A stretch of 46,979 nt of DNA from a candidate division WOR-3 bacterium (GCA_965649055.1 CBFGJG010000005.1:25726-72704); one strand, 5' to 3'; shown: positions 1 to 9,817, numbered from the stretch's first letter. Made by a program: numbers and translations. The notes: generated from the letters alone by a model not told the origin.

Positions 1-2
1 CA

Positions 3-713
3 AATGTTCTTGGAACAATAAACGATGTAGAAGGGATAATACAGATTGCGAAGAAAAAAAATGCTATAGTTCTTATAGACGGAGCTCAAGCTGCGCCACA
101 TATACCTGTTGACATTAAATCACTTGATCCCGATTTTTATGTGGCAAGTGGTCATAAAATGTTAGGTCCGACCGGGACAGGTATTCTTTTCATAAATGAA
201 AGGATAAAGGATATATTAAACCCTGCATTAATTGGTGGAGGAACAATAAAAGATGTAGACAAAAAAGAATACAAATTAGTTGACAACTATGAGAGATTTG
301 AGGCAGGAACACCCAACATAGCAGGTGGAATTGGTCTTGGTGCTGCTTGTGAATACCTAATGGATATCGGGATGGAAAATGTGAAGAATTATGAACACAG
401 ACTTACAGAAAAGATAGTTCAAGGGCTCCTTGAAAGAAATGTAAAAATTTTTGGTCCAAAAGATAATCATAAGAGAATAGGTGTTGTTTCTTTTGAAATA
501 GAACATATACCGCCGCACAGACTTGCATTTCTCCTTTCCGATCTTTACAATATTGCTGTTCGTTCAGGTCATCATTGTGCATATAATATTTTAAAATATG
601 TGATAAAAAGAGAACAGGGAACATGCAGGGCTTCAACTTATATCTATAATACAGAAGAAGAGGTGGAAATATTTTTAAAAGCAATTGATGAAATAAAAAG
701 GATGGAACTATGA
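3..713 (+). CDS. sufS: Cysteine desulfurase, SufS-like (class V PLP aminotransferase), 5'-truncated by window edge
   Basis: Frame is open from base 3 (NVLGTIND...DGAQAAPH). PLP lysine motif SGHKMLGPTG, ERFEAGTPN, catalytic Cys motif RSGHHCA (group II), RASTYIYN. Confidence 0.88.
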   Translation, partial: NVLGTINDVEGIIQIAKKKNAIVLIDGAQAAPHIPVDIKSLDPDFYVASGHKMLGPTGTGILFINERIKDILNPALIGGGTIKDVDKKEYKLVDNYERFEAGTPNIAGGIGLGAACEYLMDIGMENVKNYEHRLTEKIVQGLLERNVKIFGPKDNHKRIGVVSFEIEHIPPHRLAFLLSDLYNIAVRSGHHCAYNILKYVIKREQGTCRASTYIYNTEEEVEIFLKAIDEIKRMEL

Positions 714-982
714 ATGTTAAATTTACAGTAAAAAAATTATGCCAGAAAGAAGGGGTTGGAAATTTTAAACTGATCCCTGAAAAACCAATTGAACTTAATC
801 TTGATGAATTACAGAAGAAACCGGGTTTTGAAACTAAAAGGCCTATAGAATCTGTTTTAATTATGAAAAAAGGTGGAATAACATGGACAATATCAAAAAA
901 GAATAGCACTATTCTTATTGAGAATGTAAAACCTGATACACCTGAAAAGGCTTTAGAACTATTGAATGAAATATTTTCGTAA
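710..982 (+). CDS. Small hypothetical protein (90 aa) with one N-terminal Cys
   Basis: ATGA overlap with the sufS stop; purine-rich upstream sequence; overlaps the start of apbE. Confidence 0.7.
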   Translation: MNVKFTVKKLCQKEGVGNFKLIPEKPIELNLDELQKKPGFETKRPIESVLIMKKGGITWTISKKNSTILIENVKPDTPEKALELLNEIFS

Positions 983-1883
983 TTTTTTGATTTTTTTCTT
1001 TATTTTTATTATTTTGTTTTTTGTTTTTTTATTCAAAAATAAACTATATAATAAACAACTTTTTTTGTTTGATACAGTCATAGAGATAAAATTCTTCACC
1101 AGAAATTTTATCAGTGCTAAAAATGTAATGGATGAAATAGAAAAAGAATTTAAAAATATAGATTCAATATGCTCACCTTTATTTGAAAATGATATAAAAA
1201 ATAAAATTGTAGCTGAAATAGTTTCTAATTCAATAGATGTTTCATTAAAAACAGATGGAGCGTTTGATGTTACAATCGGTGTTATCTCAAAAATGTGGAA
1301 AAGATTTAAAGAACCTGTTTTACCAGACTCTAATGAAATAATAAAATGTTTAAAATTTGTTGATTTTAAAAGAATCCAGATATTACAAGACAGCATATCA
1401 ATGGAGAAAGGACAGATAATAGATATTGGTGGAATAGCAAAAGGATACGCAATAAAAAAAGGAATTGAAATTATGAAAGAACATAATATAAAATCCGGAA
1501 TGATAAATGCAGGTGGTGATATTGGTATTCTCGGTGATAAGAATGGAAATATGTGGAAGATCGGTATAAGGGACCCATTTAACAGGAATGGTTTAATTGA
1601 CACACTATTACTTAAAGACATTTCTATCGCAACTTCAGGAGACTATGAAAGATTTTTTGAAATAAATGGGAAGATATACCATCATATTCTAAATCCTAAG
1701 ACAGGTTATCCTGTCTATAATTTCAGGTCTGTAACTGTTATATGCGAAGATCCAGTGTATGCTGACGCATATGCAACTGCTATATTCGTTCTTGGAGATA
1801 AAGGTGTTGAATTTGCGAAGAATAATAATCTAAAGGTGATAATTGTAAAAAATAACAGGGAAGTAATTAGAATTAATATATGA
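966..1883 (+). CDS. apbE: FAD:protein FMN transferase (ApbE family)
   Basis: N-terminal TM anchor; motifs GAFDVTIG, DIGGIAKGYA, NAGGDI, ATSGDYER, HHILNPKTGYP, ADAYATA. Confidence 0.95.
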   Translation: MKYFRNFLIFFFIFIILFFVFLFKNKLYNKQLFLFDTVIEIKFFTRNFISAKNVMDEIEKEFKNIDSICSPLFENDIKNKIVAEIVSNSIDVSLKTDGAFDVTIGVISKMWKRFKEPVLPDSNEIIKCLKFVDFKRIQILQDSISMEKGQIIDIGGIAKGYAIKKGIEIMKEHNIKSGMINAGGDIGILGDKNGNMWKIGIRDPFNRNGLIDTLLLKDISIATSGDYERFFEINGKIYHHILNPKTGYPVYNFRSVTVICEDPVYADAYATAIFVLGDKGVEFAKNNNLKVIIVKNNREVIRINI

Positions 1884-2860
1884 GGGAAGCAATATTTTAT
1901 TCTAAATTAGATAATAGAAAGGTAAGATGTGAACTATGCCCACATTACTGTGAATTAGACATAGGACAGACAGGAATTTGTATGGGAAGAAAGAATATAG
2001 ATGGTAAATTGTTTGCTGTAAATTATGGTGAAGTTATTTCTATGGCTATCGACCCAATTGAAAAGAAACCAATTTTTCATTTCTATCCAGGTTCAAGAAT
2101 ATTTTCTATTGCTACATACGGATGCAATATGAGATGTCCATTCTGCCAAAATTACTCCATATCTCAATATAAACAGGAAACAAATTTTTTATCTCCAGAA
2201 GAACTCTTCAATCTTGTTTTAAGTTATAAATTAAATATGATTTCATTCACATATACGGAGCCTTTCATATGGTATGAATACATCTATGATTTCTCAGTTA
2301 TTTCAAATGGAAGATTAAAGATTGTTCTTGTAACAAATGGAATGATAAATGAAAAACCATTAATACAATTATTACCTTACATAGACGCTATGAACATAGA
2401 TCTAAAATCAATGAATGAAGATTATTATAAGAAAACATTGAAAGGAGACCTTCCCGCTGTCAAAAGAACAATTGAAATCTCTCATAAAAAAACACATATC
2501 GAGATAACAAATCTTTTAGTAACAGATGAAAATGACAGTGATAAAGATATTCAGGAAGTCATCAATTACGTATCAAAACTTGACAAGAATATACCATTGC
2601 ATTTTTCAAGATATTTTCCACATTATAAATACAATAAAAAGGAAACTCCTCTGGAAAGATTGAGATATGCATATGATAATGCTAAAGAAAAGATTAACTA
2701 TGTTTATCTCGGGAATACATTGCTTGAAGATGTTGAAAATACTTATTGTCCTGCCTGTAAAACATTATTGATAGAAAGATATCTTTACAGGATTAAAATT
2801 AAAAATATAAAAGAAGGAAAATGTTCAAATTGTGGAAGAAAAGTAGATATTATCTTATAA
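1880..2860 (+). CDS. amrS: AmmeMemoRadiSam system radical SAM enzyme
   Basis: N-terminal CELCPHYC...GIC, DPIEKKP, radical SAM CNMRCPFC, FTYTEP, HFSRYFP, C-terminal CPAC...CSNC. Confidence 0.9.
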   Translation: MREAIFYSKLDNRKVRCELCPHYCELDIGQTGICMGRKNIDGKLFAVNYGEVISMAIDPIEKKPIFHFYPGSRIFSIATYGCNMRCPFCQNYSISQYKQETNFLSPEELFNLVLSYKLNMISFTYTEPFIWYEYIYDFSVISNGRLKIVLVTNGMINEKPLIQLLPYIDAMNIDLKSMNEDYYKKTLKGDLPAVKRTIEISHKKTHIEITNLLVTDENDSDKDIQEVINYVSKLDKNIPLHFSRYFPHYKYNKKETPLERLRYAYDNAKEKINYVYLGNTLLEDVENTYCPACKTLLIERYLYRIKIKNIKEGKCSNCGRKVDIIL

Positions 2861-3189
2861 AACCATTAGATATTCTGTTTCTACTACCTTTATTATTAAT
2901 TTTTTCTAAAAAAACTGAATCAGGAAAACAGGTTGAAATTTTTGTTGACGGAAAATTAAAATTCATATATAGTCTTAATGATGATAGAAATATTGAAATT
3001 AAAGGAAATATTGGTTCATCAACAATTGAAATCAAGAATGGCAAAATCAGGATGGTTTTTTCTCCTTGTCCTGATAAATTGTGTATGAAACAAGGATTTA
3101 TAGGAAACAGAGGGGAAAGCATAGTTTGTGTGCCAAATAGAATTGTTATAAAAATAAAAGGTGAAAATATTGATGGGATCACAGAATAA
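2821..3189 (+). CDS. NusG domain II-containing (DUF1312-type) membrane-anchored protein
   Basis: N-terminal hydrophobic segment; SPCPDKLC...G.I...GESIVCVPNRIVI pattern typical of the family. Confidence 0.85.
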   Translation: MFKLWKKSRYYLIKPLDILFLLPLLLIFSKKTESGKQVEIFVDGKLKFIYSLNDDRNIEIKGNIGSSTIEIKNGKIRMVFSPCPDKLCMKQGFIGNRGESIVCVPNRIVIKIKGENIDGITE

Positions 3190-3691
3190 AACCGGAACAA
3201 TAGTTCTTTTTTCAGCAGTATCAAGTATACTCTATGCTTTGGAATCTTACTTTCCTAAACCCTTTCCTTTTTTAAGATTAGGGCTCGGTAATATTCTGAT
3301 ATTATTTACGATAATAGAAATAGGATTTTTACAAGGTATAATTGTTGGCATATCAAAGTCAATTATAGGTGGAGTAATTTCCGGTTCTCTTTTTACACCA
3401 TCCACAATTCTTTCTCTCGCCGGAACGATGACATCTATGATAACTATGTTTTTATTATGGAAAACTAATCTTTTTGGAATATTGGGTTTAAGTATTGCAG
3501 GTTCAATTATAAATACAACAACCCAGGTATTTATTGTGACTCTTATTCTAACCGGAATATCATCTTTCTTTTATCTTTTAAAAACATTATCCATTTTTTC
3601 AATTCCAGCCGGTATCCTAACGGGTCTTATAACGTGCTATCTTTTAACTATAATTGAAAGGAGGAAGGATGCCTTTAAATCTTTCTCGTAG
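3161..3691 (+). CDS. Gx transporter family / heptaprenyl diphosphate synthase component I-like membrane protein
   Basis: LESYFPKPFPFLRLGLGNI motif; multiple TM helices; follows the NusG-II gene as is typical. Start could instead be the Met at 3173. Confidence 0.82.
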   Translation: MKILMGSQNKTGTIVLFSAVSSILYALESYFPKPFPFLRLGLGNILILFTIIEIGFLQGIIVGISKSIIGGVISGSLFTPSTILSLAGTMTSMITMFLLWKTNLFGILGLSIAGSIINTTTQVFIVTLILTGISSFFYLLKTLSIFSIPAGILTGLITCYLLTIIERRKDAFKSFS

Positions 3692-3941
3692 GATTACACT
3701 AACATTATTCATAATAATAGTCGGTGGAATAGCCTTTGGTGTTATTGGAGAATTTATAGGATATCTTTTGCCTGACGGGACCGTAAAGACAGTATTCTTA
3801 AAATATATATGGGTTGGTTTTTCCCCTGTTACTGTTAACCTACATATAGTAAATTTTACTATAGGATTCCATATTAAATTTAACCTTATTTCCGTTCTTG
3901 GGATTATATTCCTGTCATATATATTAAAATGGTTATTTTAA
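3669..3941 (+). CDS. DUF4321-like small membrane protein
   Basis: GGAGG just upstream of ATG 3669; pattern GFSPVTVNLHIVNFTIGFHIKFNLISVLG. Confidence 0.7.
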   Translation: MPLNLSRRITLTLFIIIVGGIAFGVIGEFIGYLLPDGTVKTVFLKYIWVGFSPVTVNLHIVNFTIGFHIKFNLISVLGIIFLSYILKWLF

Positions 3942-4501
3942 AAGGTATTAGAAATTTAATTATAGCTAACTTTATAGTTTTTACGATCCAGATTATTTTC
4001 AGAAACAGACTGGAATATATCTTCGGATTAGTTCCGGTTATGCTGTTCAAAGGTTACATATACCAGTTATTCACCTATATGTTTCTACATGGTGATTTCT
4101 TCCACATCATTATGAATATGTATGCTTTATGGCTTTTTGGCAGTGAGCTTGAATACTTTTGGGGAACAAAGGAATTTTACAAATATTATTTCATAACCGG
4201 TATTGGTGCCGGTATTATATATGCATTATTTAATATTAACTCTTCTATACCTGTAATCGGGGCTTCAGGTGCTGTATTTGGAATATTGCTTGCATTTGGG
4301 CTTCTTTTTCCTGAAAGAGAATTATTCATTATCTTCCCTATCCCGTTAAGACTTAAAGCAAAGGCATTTGTATTTATTATTGGTGGATTGGAGCTCCTAT
4401 ATCTAATGAGTGGTTCAAGAGGAATTGCTCATCTTGCCCACCTCGGTGGAATACTTATAGGTTTTATCTATTTAAGATGGAAGAGAAGAAAATTATATTA
4501 A
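3929..4501 (+). CDS. Rhomboid family intramembrane serine protease
   Basis: TYMFLHG..HI..NM, catalytic GASG, AHLAHLGG. Confidence 0.93.
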   Translation: MVILKGIRNLIIANFIVFTIQIIFRNRLEYIFGLVPVMLFKGYIYQLFTYMFLHGDFFHIIMNMYALWLFGSELEYFWGTKEFYKYYFITGIGAGIIYALFNINSSIPVIGASGAVFGILLAFGLLFPERELFIIFPIPLRLKAKAFVFIIGGLELLYLMSGSRGIAHLAHLGGILIGFIYLRWKRRKLY

Positions 4502-4508
4502 ATTTTAA

Positions 4509-4538
4509 TTGACAAAAAATTACTTTCTTATTTAATTT
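4509..4538 (+). promoter_or_regulatory. Putative sigma70 promoter for the GGDEF-STAND-TPR gene (likely leaderless)
   Basis: TTGACA 4509-4514; -10 candidates TTTAAT 4531-4536 or TAATTT 4533-4538; ATG at 4544; no SD. Confidence 0.5.
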
Positions 4539-4543
4539 TAATT

Positions 4544-7500
4544 ATGAACCCTACAAGAGATGCATTTATAGATGACCTTACAGGAGTTTACAACAGAAGG
4601 TATCTTATACAGTGGGCTGAAGATGAGTTAAAGAAATGTAGAAGATATAGATTACCATTATCAATAATCCTTATAGACCTTGATGACTTTAAAAATATTA
4701 ATGATACTCTTGGACATCTTGTAGGTGATAAGGTATTGAGGCTTTTTGGACAATTTTTAAAAATGGCTATCAGAGAGTCGGATATTATCACAAGGTATGG
4801 TGGTGATGAATTCATTATATTACTACCAAATACACCTAAAGAACAGGTAGAATTTGTTGGGACAAGGCTTATTGAAGATATTAAAAAGAATAAGTTTTCA
4901 GATATAAATCTATCTGCAAGTGTTGGGGTTGCAACATATCCAGACGATGGTCTTACATGGGAAGACCTTTTTGAAGTTGCTGACAGAAGATTATATGTTG
5001 CAAAGAATAGTGGAAAAGGAAGAATAATAACAAAAGAAGAGAAGATAGAAAAATTAAATATACCTGCGCCTGTTTTTATTGACAGAAGGGAAGAGATACA
5101 GGAAATAAAAAATTTAGTCTTTCAGAATAAAAAATTGTTTATTTTTGTTGCAGGTGAAGCAGGGGTTGGAAAAACAAGGCTCGTAAAGAAAACAGCAAAC
5201 GAGATACCCGGTTTTACTTTGTTCACGGGACATTCTTATGCTTCAATGAATACTTCACCATATTACGCATTCAGAGACCTTCTGAATTCAATTATAGAAA
5301 AAAATGAGAATGAAGTTCGTTCTGTTTATGTGAATGACCTCAATATACAACAGAAAAAAGAGATTTCAAGATTAATACCAAAACTTCCAGGTTATCTCGA
5401 ACCTTTTATGGGTGATAAAATAATGCTATTTGATACAGTAAGACAATTCCTTGATGCTTTATATAGAAAATTAAAATTTATGCTACTCTTTGATGACATT
5501 CACTGGGCAAACGAGTCTACTCTTGAATTACTTTATTATCTTATAAAGACCTCAGAAGAAAATTTTACAATATTTGGAACTTACAGGATTGAAGAGGTTG
5601 AAAATTCCTCACTTCCAAGGTGGCTTAAATTAATTGGCAGGGAAAATCTTTATAACCTCATAAAGTTATCACCTTTTAACAGGGAAAATGTTAAAGAAAT
5701 GCTGGAGGTTATCCTTAACTCTGAACCACAGGATAAACTTATTGATTATGTTTTTAAAGAAAGTGGAGGAAATCCTTTCTTTATTGAAGAGATAATGAAG
5801 ACACTTCACCAAAATAATATTATTTTTTATTCTGATAATGCGTGGGAGTATATGCCAAAAACTGAAAAAATCTTCATTCCAAAATCAATCGAGGATACCG
5901 TATTATACAAGACTGAACTTTTATCAGATGAGACAAAAAAAATACTCGAAACAGCAGTGGTTATCGGAAGAGATGTTGAGTTTAAGCTATTAAAACAGAT
6001 AACGGGTATGAATGAAGGGCAGCTCTATGATATCCTTGACAAACTGATGAATATAGACCTTATAAAAGAAACTATAAAAAATGAAAAATATTTCTTTACC
6101 GAGGATATTCTAAGAGAGGTTATATATAACAATATTCCAAAAGGGAAGAGGATTGAACTTCATCTAAAAATTGCTAATATTTTTGAAGAGCATTATCAGG
6201 ATAATCAATTCTACAACGAAATTCTTGCCTATCATTATTTCAATGCAGGTGATAAAGAAAAAATAAAGGAATATGCTTTAAAGGCAGCCGAGAACGCAGA
6301 GAATATTTATGCACACAACGAAGCACTAAAATTTTATAACTGGGCGCTTTCTGCTAACTTAAAAGATGAAGAAAAAATCGAGATATTGAGAAAAGCGGGA
6401 AATGTAGCAAGGTTAAAAGGTGATTTGAAACTTGCCCTATCTTATATTGAAGAAGCAGTTACATTATCACAAGGAATAGAAAAAGGAAAGTCATATTATT
6501 ATCTTGGAGATGTTTATACAGATTTAGGTGATTATGAAATGAGTGTAAAGTATTTTCTTAAAGCAAGAAATTTATTGAAATCTATGGATGAAAAATATTT
6601 CATAGATATCGACCTTGCATTTGCATATGTCCAGTTAGGTAAGACACAATCCGCATTAAAAAAGATAATAAAGGCAAGGAATAATATAGATAAAAACAAA
6701 TACCCTAAACAATATGCAAAAGCTCTCAATGTGAATGCTATTATTCTTATGGATCTTGGAAATTTAGATAATGCAAAAGAATTATACAAGGAAAGTTTGA
6801 AATTGAGGGAAAAGATCGGTGACAGAATTGGTGTTGGGAGTGTTTGTCTAAATATAAGTTCAATACTTAGAGATGAAGGAAAATATAAAGAAGCCGAAGA
6901 ATATCTAAAAAAAGCACTTGATATCTACATAGAAACAGGTTTTAAAGAAGGTGAAGCATCTGCTTTAAATAATCTTGGTGTGAATTACTTAAGAATTAAT
7001 GATATTAAGAAAGCAGAAGAATATTTCACAAGAACTTTAAGAATAGCAAAGTGGACTGGTGCTATTGGAACACACCTCCTTGCCTTGAGAAATCTGTCTT
7101 TTATATACCAGGTCAACAATAAGATTGAAGATGCCCTTAAACTCCTTGATGAAATTATACAAACAGCAAAAGAAAAGAACAATACTACCGGTGAATATAA
7201 TGCATACATAAGGCTTGTAGATATTTATCTGAGGAATAAGAATGATCCTGAGACAGCAAAAAAATATCTCGATATTGCAGAAGGATTCCTGAAAGAGATT
7301 GAAGACCCTGACAGGATTGGAACCTTCCACTTAATGAAAGCAAGATATTATTACAAGATAAAGGAATATAAAAAGGTTATTTTTGAAATACAGGAATATA
7401 TAATTCCAATTATTAAAAAACCTGGTTTTGAGTTTCTTGATGCAAGGGCATCATTTCTTTTAGCATTATCTTATTTGAGATTAGATAAGAAAAAAATGGC

Positions 7501-7723
7501 ATTGAGATATCTTGATAGGTCTTACAAAGCTGCTTTAAAGACAAAAGATGAGTCAGAAATTGCTGAATTTTATGATGTAAAAGGAGATTTCCTGAAGATT
7601 GAAGGTAAGAAGAATCTCGCTAAAAAATATTACGAGAAAGCTCTGCGAATCTACAAAAAATATAATTTCCCAATGGATATAAACAAAATAGAAGAAAAAT
7701 TAAAAGAATTATTCTCTACCTAA
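4544..7723 (+). CDS. Diguanylate cyclase (GGDEF) - STAND-type AAA ATPase - TPR repeat protein
   Basis: DDLTGVYNRRY, DLDDFK.IND..GH..GD, RESD I-site, RYGGDEF. Walker A GEAGVGKT, Walker B LLFDDIHWA, SGGNPFFIEE, followed by about 450 aa of TPR-like repeats (e.g. ALNNLGVNY). Confidence 0.9.
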   Translation: MNPTRDAFIDDLTGVYNRRYLIQWAEDELKKCRRYRLPLSIILIDLDDFKNINDTLGHLVGDKVLRLFGQFLKMAIRESDIITRYGGDEFIILLPNTPKEQVEFVGTRLIEDIKKNKFSDINLSASVGVATYPDDGLTWEDLFEVADRRLYVAKNSGKGRIITKEEKIEKLNIPAPVFIDRREEIQEIKNLVFQNKKLFIFVAGEAGVGKTRLVKKTANEIPGFTLFTGHSYASMNTSPYYAFRDLLNSIIEKNENEVRSVYVNDLNIQQKKEISRLIPKLPGYLEPFMGDKIMLFDTVRQFLDALYRKLKFMLLFDDIHWANESTLELLYYLIKTSEENFTIFGTYRIEEVENSSLPRWLKLIGRENLYNLIKLSPFNRENVKEMLEVILNSEPQDKLIDYVFKESGGNPFFIEEIMKTLHQNNIIFYSDNAWEYMPKTEKIFIPKSIEDTVLYKTELLSDETKKILETAVVIGRDVEFKLLKQITGMNEGQLYDILDKLMNIDLIKETIKNEKYFFTEDILREVIYNNIPKGKRIELHLKIANIFEEHYQDNQFYNEILAYHYFNAGDKEKIKEYALKAAENAENIYAHNEALKFYNWALSANLKDEEKIEILRKAGNVARLKGDLKLALSYIEEAVTLSQGIEKGKSYYYLGDVYTDLGDYEMSVKYFLKARNLLKSMDEKYFIDIDLAFAYVQLGKTQSALKKIIKARNNIDKNKYPKQYAKALNVNAIILMDLGNLDNAKELYKESLKLREKIGDRIGVGSVCLNISSILRDEGKYKEAEEYLKKALDIYIETGFKEGEASALNNLGVNYLRINDIKKAEEYFTRTLRIAKWTGAIGTHLLALRNLSFIYQVNNKIEDALKLLDEIIQTAKEKNNTTGEYNAYIRLVDIYLRNKNDPETAKKYLDIAEGFLKEIEDPDRIGTFHLMKARYYYKIKEYKKVIFEIQEYIIPIIKKPGFEFLDARASFLLALSYLRLDKKKMALRYLDRSYKAALKTKDESEIAEFYDVKGDFLKIEGKKNLAKKYYEKALRIYKKYNFPMDINKIEEKLKELFST

Positions 7724-8548
7724 ATCCCTGTAAATAACCCTTACATCTTCATATATTCTCGACAGATAATCATATATATAATCTGATACTACAACCGATC
7801 TATGCTTTCCTCCTGTGCATCCAAAACCTATTGTAAGATATACTTTTCCTTCCTTCTTGTATTGCTCGATTAAAAATATAAGAAGCTCTTTCAGAATGGA
7901 TAAAAATTTCCTTGTCCTTTTATTTTTTAATACAAAGTCTCTAACTTTCTTGTCCCTTCCTGTTAACAATCTCATCTCATCGATAAAGTATGGATTAGGA
8001 AGGAATCTAACATCAAAAACAAGGTCACAGTTCTCCGGAATTCCATATTTAAAGCCAAATGACACTATATTAATATAGAATACCCTGCCTTTCCCGTATA
8101 ACTTTGTAATCAGTTCTCTTAACTCATGCACTGAAAGATGAGAGGTGTTTATTACCTTTGTGGATAATGGGAATATCTTTGAAAGTCTTTCCCTTTCTTC
8201 TTTCAATCCCGAATCAAGGTCTCCAAGTGGATGTTTTCTTCTTGTTTCCTGAAATCTTTTCTTTAATGTTTCATCACTGGCATCAAGGAAAAGTATCTCT
8301 GTTTTTAGATTTTTTTTCTTCAGGTTTTCTTTAACCTTATTAAACTCTTCAAGTAATATACCCTCTCTTATATCGATAACAATAGCTATGTTATTAACCT
8401 TAAGATTTTTTTCTATAATAATATCTACAAACTCGGGAATTAAAGGTAAAGGGATATTGTCAGCACAGTAAAATCCTATATCTTCAAGAGAACGTAGAAC
8501 AGTTGTCTTACCGGCACCTGAAAGACCTGTTACAAATACAATCCTCAT
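7709..8548 (-). CDS. rapZ: RNase adapter RapZ (YhbJ/YvcJ) P-loop protein
   Basis: TGLSGAGKT, DNIP, ETRRKHPL, SFGFKYG, DVRFLPNPY, GCTGGKHRSV. Confidence 0.95.
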   Translation of the reverse strand: MRIVFVTGLSGAGKTTVLRSLEDIGFYCADNIPLPLIPEFVDIIIEKNLKVNNIAIVIDIREGILLEEFNKVKENLKKKNLKTEILFLDASDETLKKRFQETRRKHPLGDLDSGLKEERERLSKIFPLSTKVINTSHLSVHELRELITKLYGKGRVFYINIVSFGFKYGIPENCDLVFDVRFLPNPYFIDEMRLLTGRDKKVRDFVLKNKRTRKFLSILKELLIFLIEQYKKEGKVYLTIGFGCTGGKHRSVVVSDYIYDYLSRIYEDVRVIYRDLGRE

Positions 8549-9531
8549 TCCTCATCCTCTTCAAGCATTGCTATTTTTTTCCCTTGTTTTTTCATAAGTT
8601 TAAGAAGTTCTTCATTAAAAAGTCTCGGTGCATCATAACCCATTATCCTTGATATATGATTTAATGCTACAAGCTCAGAAATAGTCCCAACATTTTTACC
8701 CGGAATTAATGGTATCTGCACATAAGGCAGGTTAACACCAAGAACATTTTTCTCCTTCTCTTCAAGACCTGTTCTTGTCCAATCCTCATTCTCTTTCCAT
8801 GCAACAAGGTCAACTATTACTTCCACTCTTTTATGCATCCTGATTGATTTTATGCCAAAAAGAAGCGGTATATTAACTATTCCAATACCCCTTATTTCCA
8901 TATGATATTTTGACATTTCAGAAGGTTCTATCCCTTCCCCGATAATTATATTTCCTCTTTTTTTTAATTTTACAACATCATCTGCAATCAATCTATGTCC
9001 TCTTGCTATCAAATCAAGGGCAGTTTCACTCTTACCAATTCCACTCTCACCTGTAAGGAGCAATCCAATTCCATATACATCAACAAGTGTTCCATTGACA
9101 ATAGTATATTGGGCGAGTTTGTCATAAAGGTATGCATCAATTACCTTTTGAAATTCAATCATACTTAGTTCAGATACAAATAATGGGATCTCTTTCTCAT
9201 TACAATTCTTTTTAATTTCATCATTTGGTTTTTCGTTGTCAGTTACTATTATACAGGGAAATGAAAGTGTGAATAGATTTGAAACAGCCCTGTTTCTATC
9301 ATCATCACTCAATTTATTAAGATATAAAATCTCTCTTTTACCCAAAAGCTGAATAGAACCTTCCGGAAATTCTTCCCTGAATCCTATGAACACAAGAGAA
9401 GGGATATTCACATATGGAATACTTATATTATTTTTTAGACCATTAAAACCACCGACTATTTTTAACCTGAATATTTCTTCATTGTCTTCAAAAAATTTCT
9501 GGACTGATATAATATCTTTATTATCTACCAC
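8545..9531 (-). CDS. hprK: HPr kinase/phosphorylase
   Basis: GESGIGKSETALDL..RGHRLIADD, MEIRGIG. Confidence 0.95.
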   Translation of the reverse strand: MVDNKDIISVQKFFEDNEEIFRLKIVGGFNGLKNNISIPYVNIPSLVFIGFREEFPEGSIQLLGKREILYLNKLSDDDRNRAVSNLFTLSFPCIIVTDNEKPNDEIKKNCNEKEIPLFVSELSMIEFQKVIDAYLYDKLAQYTIVNGTLVDVYGIGLLLTGESGIGKSETALDLIARGHRLIADDVVKLKKRGNIIIGEGIEPSEMSKYHMEIRGIGIVNIPLLFGIKSIRMHKRVEVIVDLVAWKENEDWTRTGLEEKEKNVLGVNLPYVQIPLIPGKNVGTISELVALNHISRIMGYDAPRLFNEELLKLMKKQGKKIAMLEEDEE

Positions 9532-9817
9532 TATGGTCCCTTATTTTATCATCAAGTTTTGCTAATTTTCTTTTCATTTTTTTTAAGGCATCTTCAAATG
9601 TTAAATAATGGTCATAACCTGTGGATTTTACTGTTAAAACATTCTTCTTTGTTTTAACAATAATTTCTGCATTTCTTCTTCCACCCTCAAGGTCTAATAT
9701 AATTTCAACATTATGGATAATCCTCTTAAATTTTTCAAGCTTTTTTAAATCCTTTTCAATCTTTTCTTTCAAGTGGTCCGTCATTTCAAAATGTCTTGTT
9801 GTCAGGATAAATTCCAT
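9521..9817 (-). CDS. hpf: Ribosome hibernation promoting factor (short HPF/RaiA)
   Basis: TRHFEMTDHLK..IEK..KLEKF pattern; AGGAGG SD; usual position next to hprK/rapZ. Confidence 0.85.
   Translation of the reverse strand: MEFILTTRHFEMTDHLKEKIEKDLKKLEKFKRIIHNVEIILDLEGGRRNAEIIVKTKKNVLTVKSTGYDHYLTFEDALKKMKRKLAKLDDKIRDHSGR

Noticed and set aside
403-1621. Minus-strand ORFs 403-909 and 959-1621
   Set aside because: Antisense shadows of sufS, the small ORF and apbE; Phe/Ser/Ile-rich composition expected from the reverse of AT-rich coding DNA; no motifs.
4544-7723. Calling the STAND-TPR protein an Avs anti-phage system
   Set aside because: The effector is a GGDEF domain rather than a nuclease, SIR2, TIR or protease, and the neighbours are housekeeping genes; a defence role is not supported from sequence alone.
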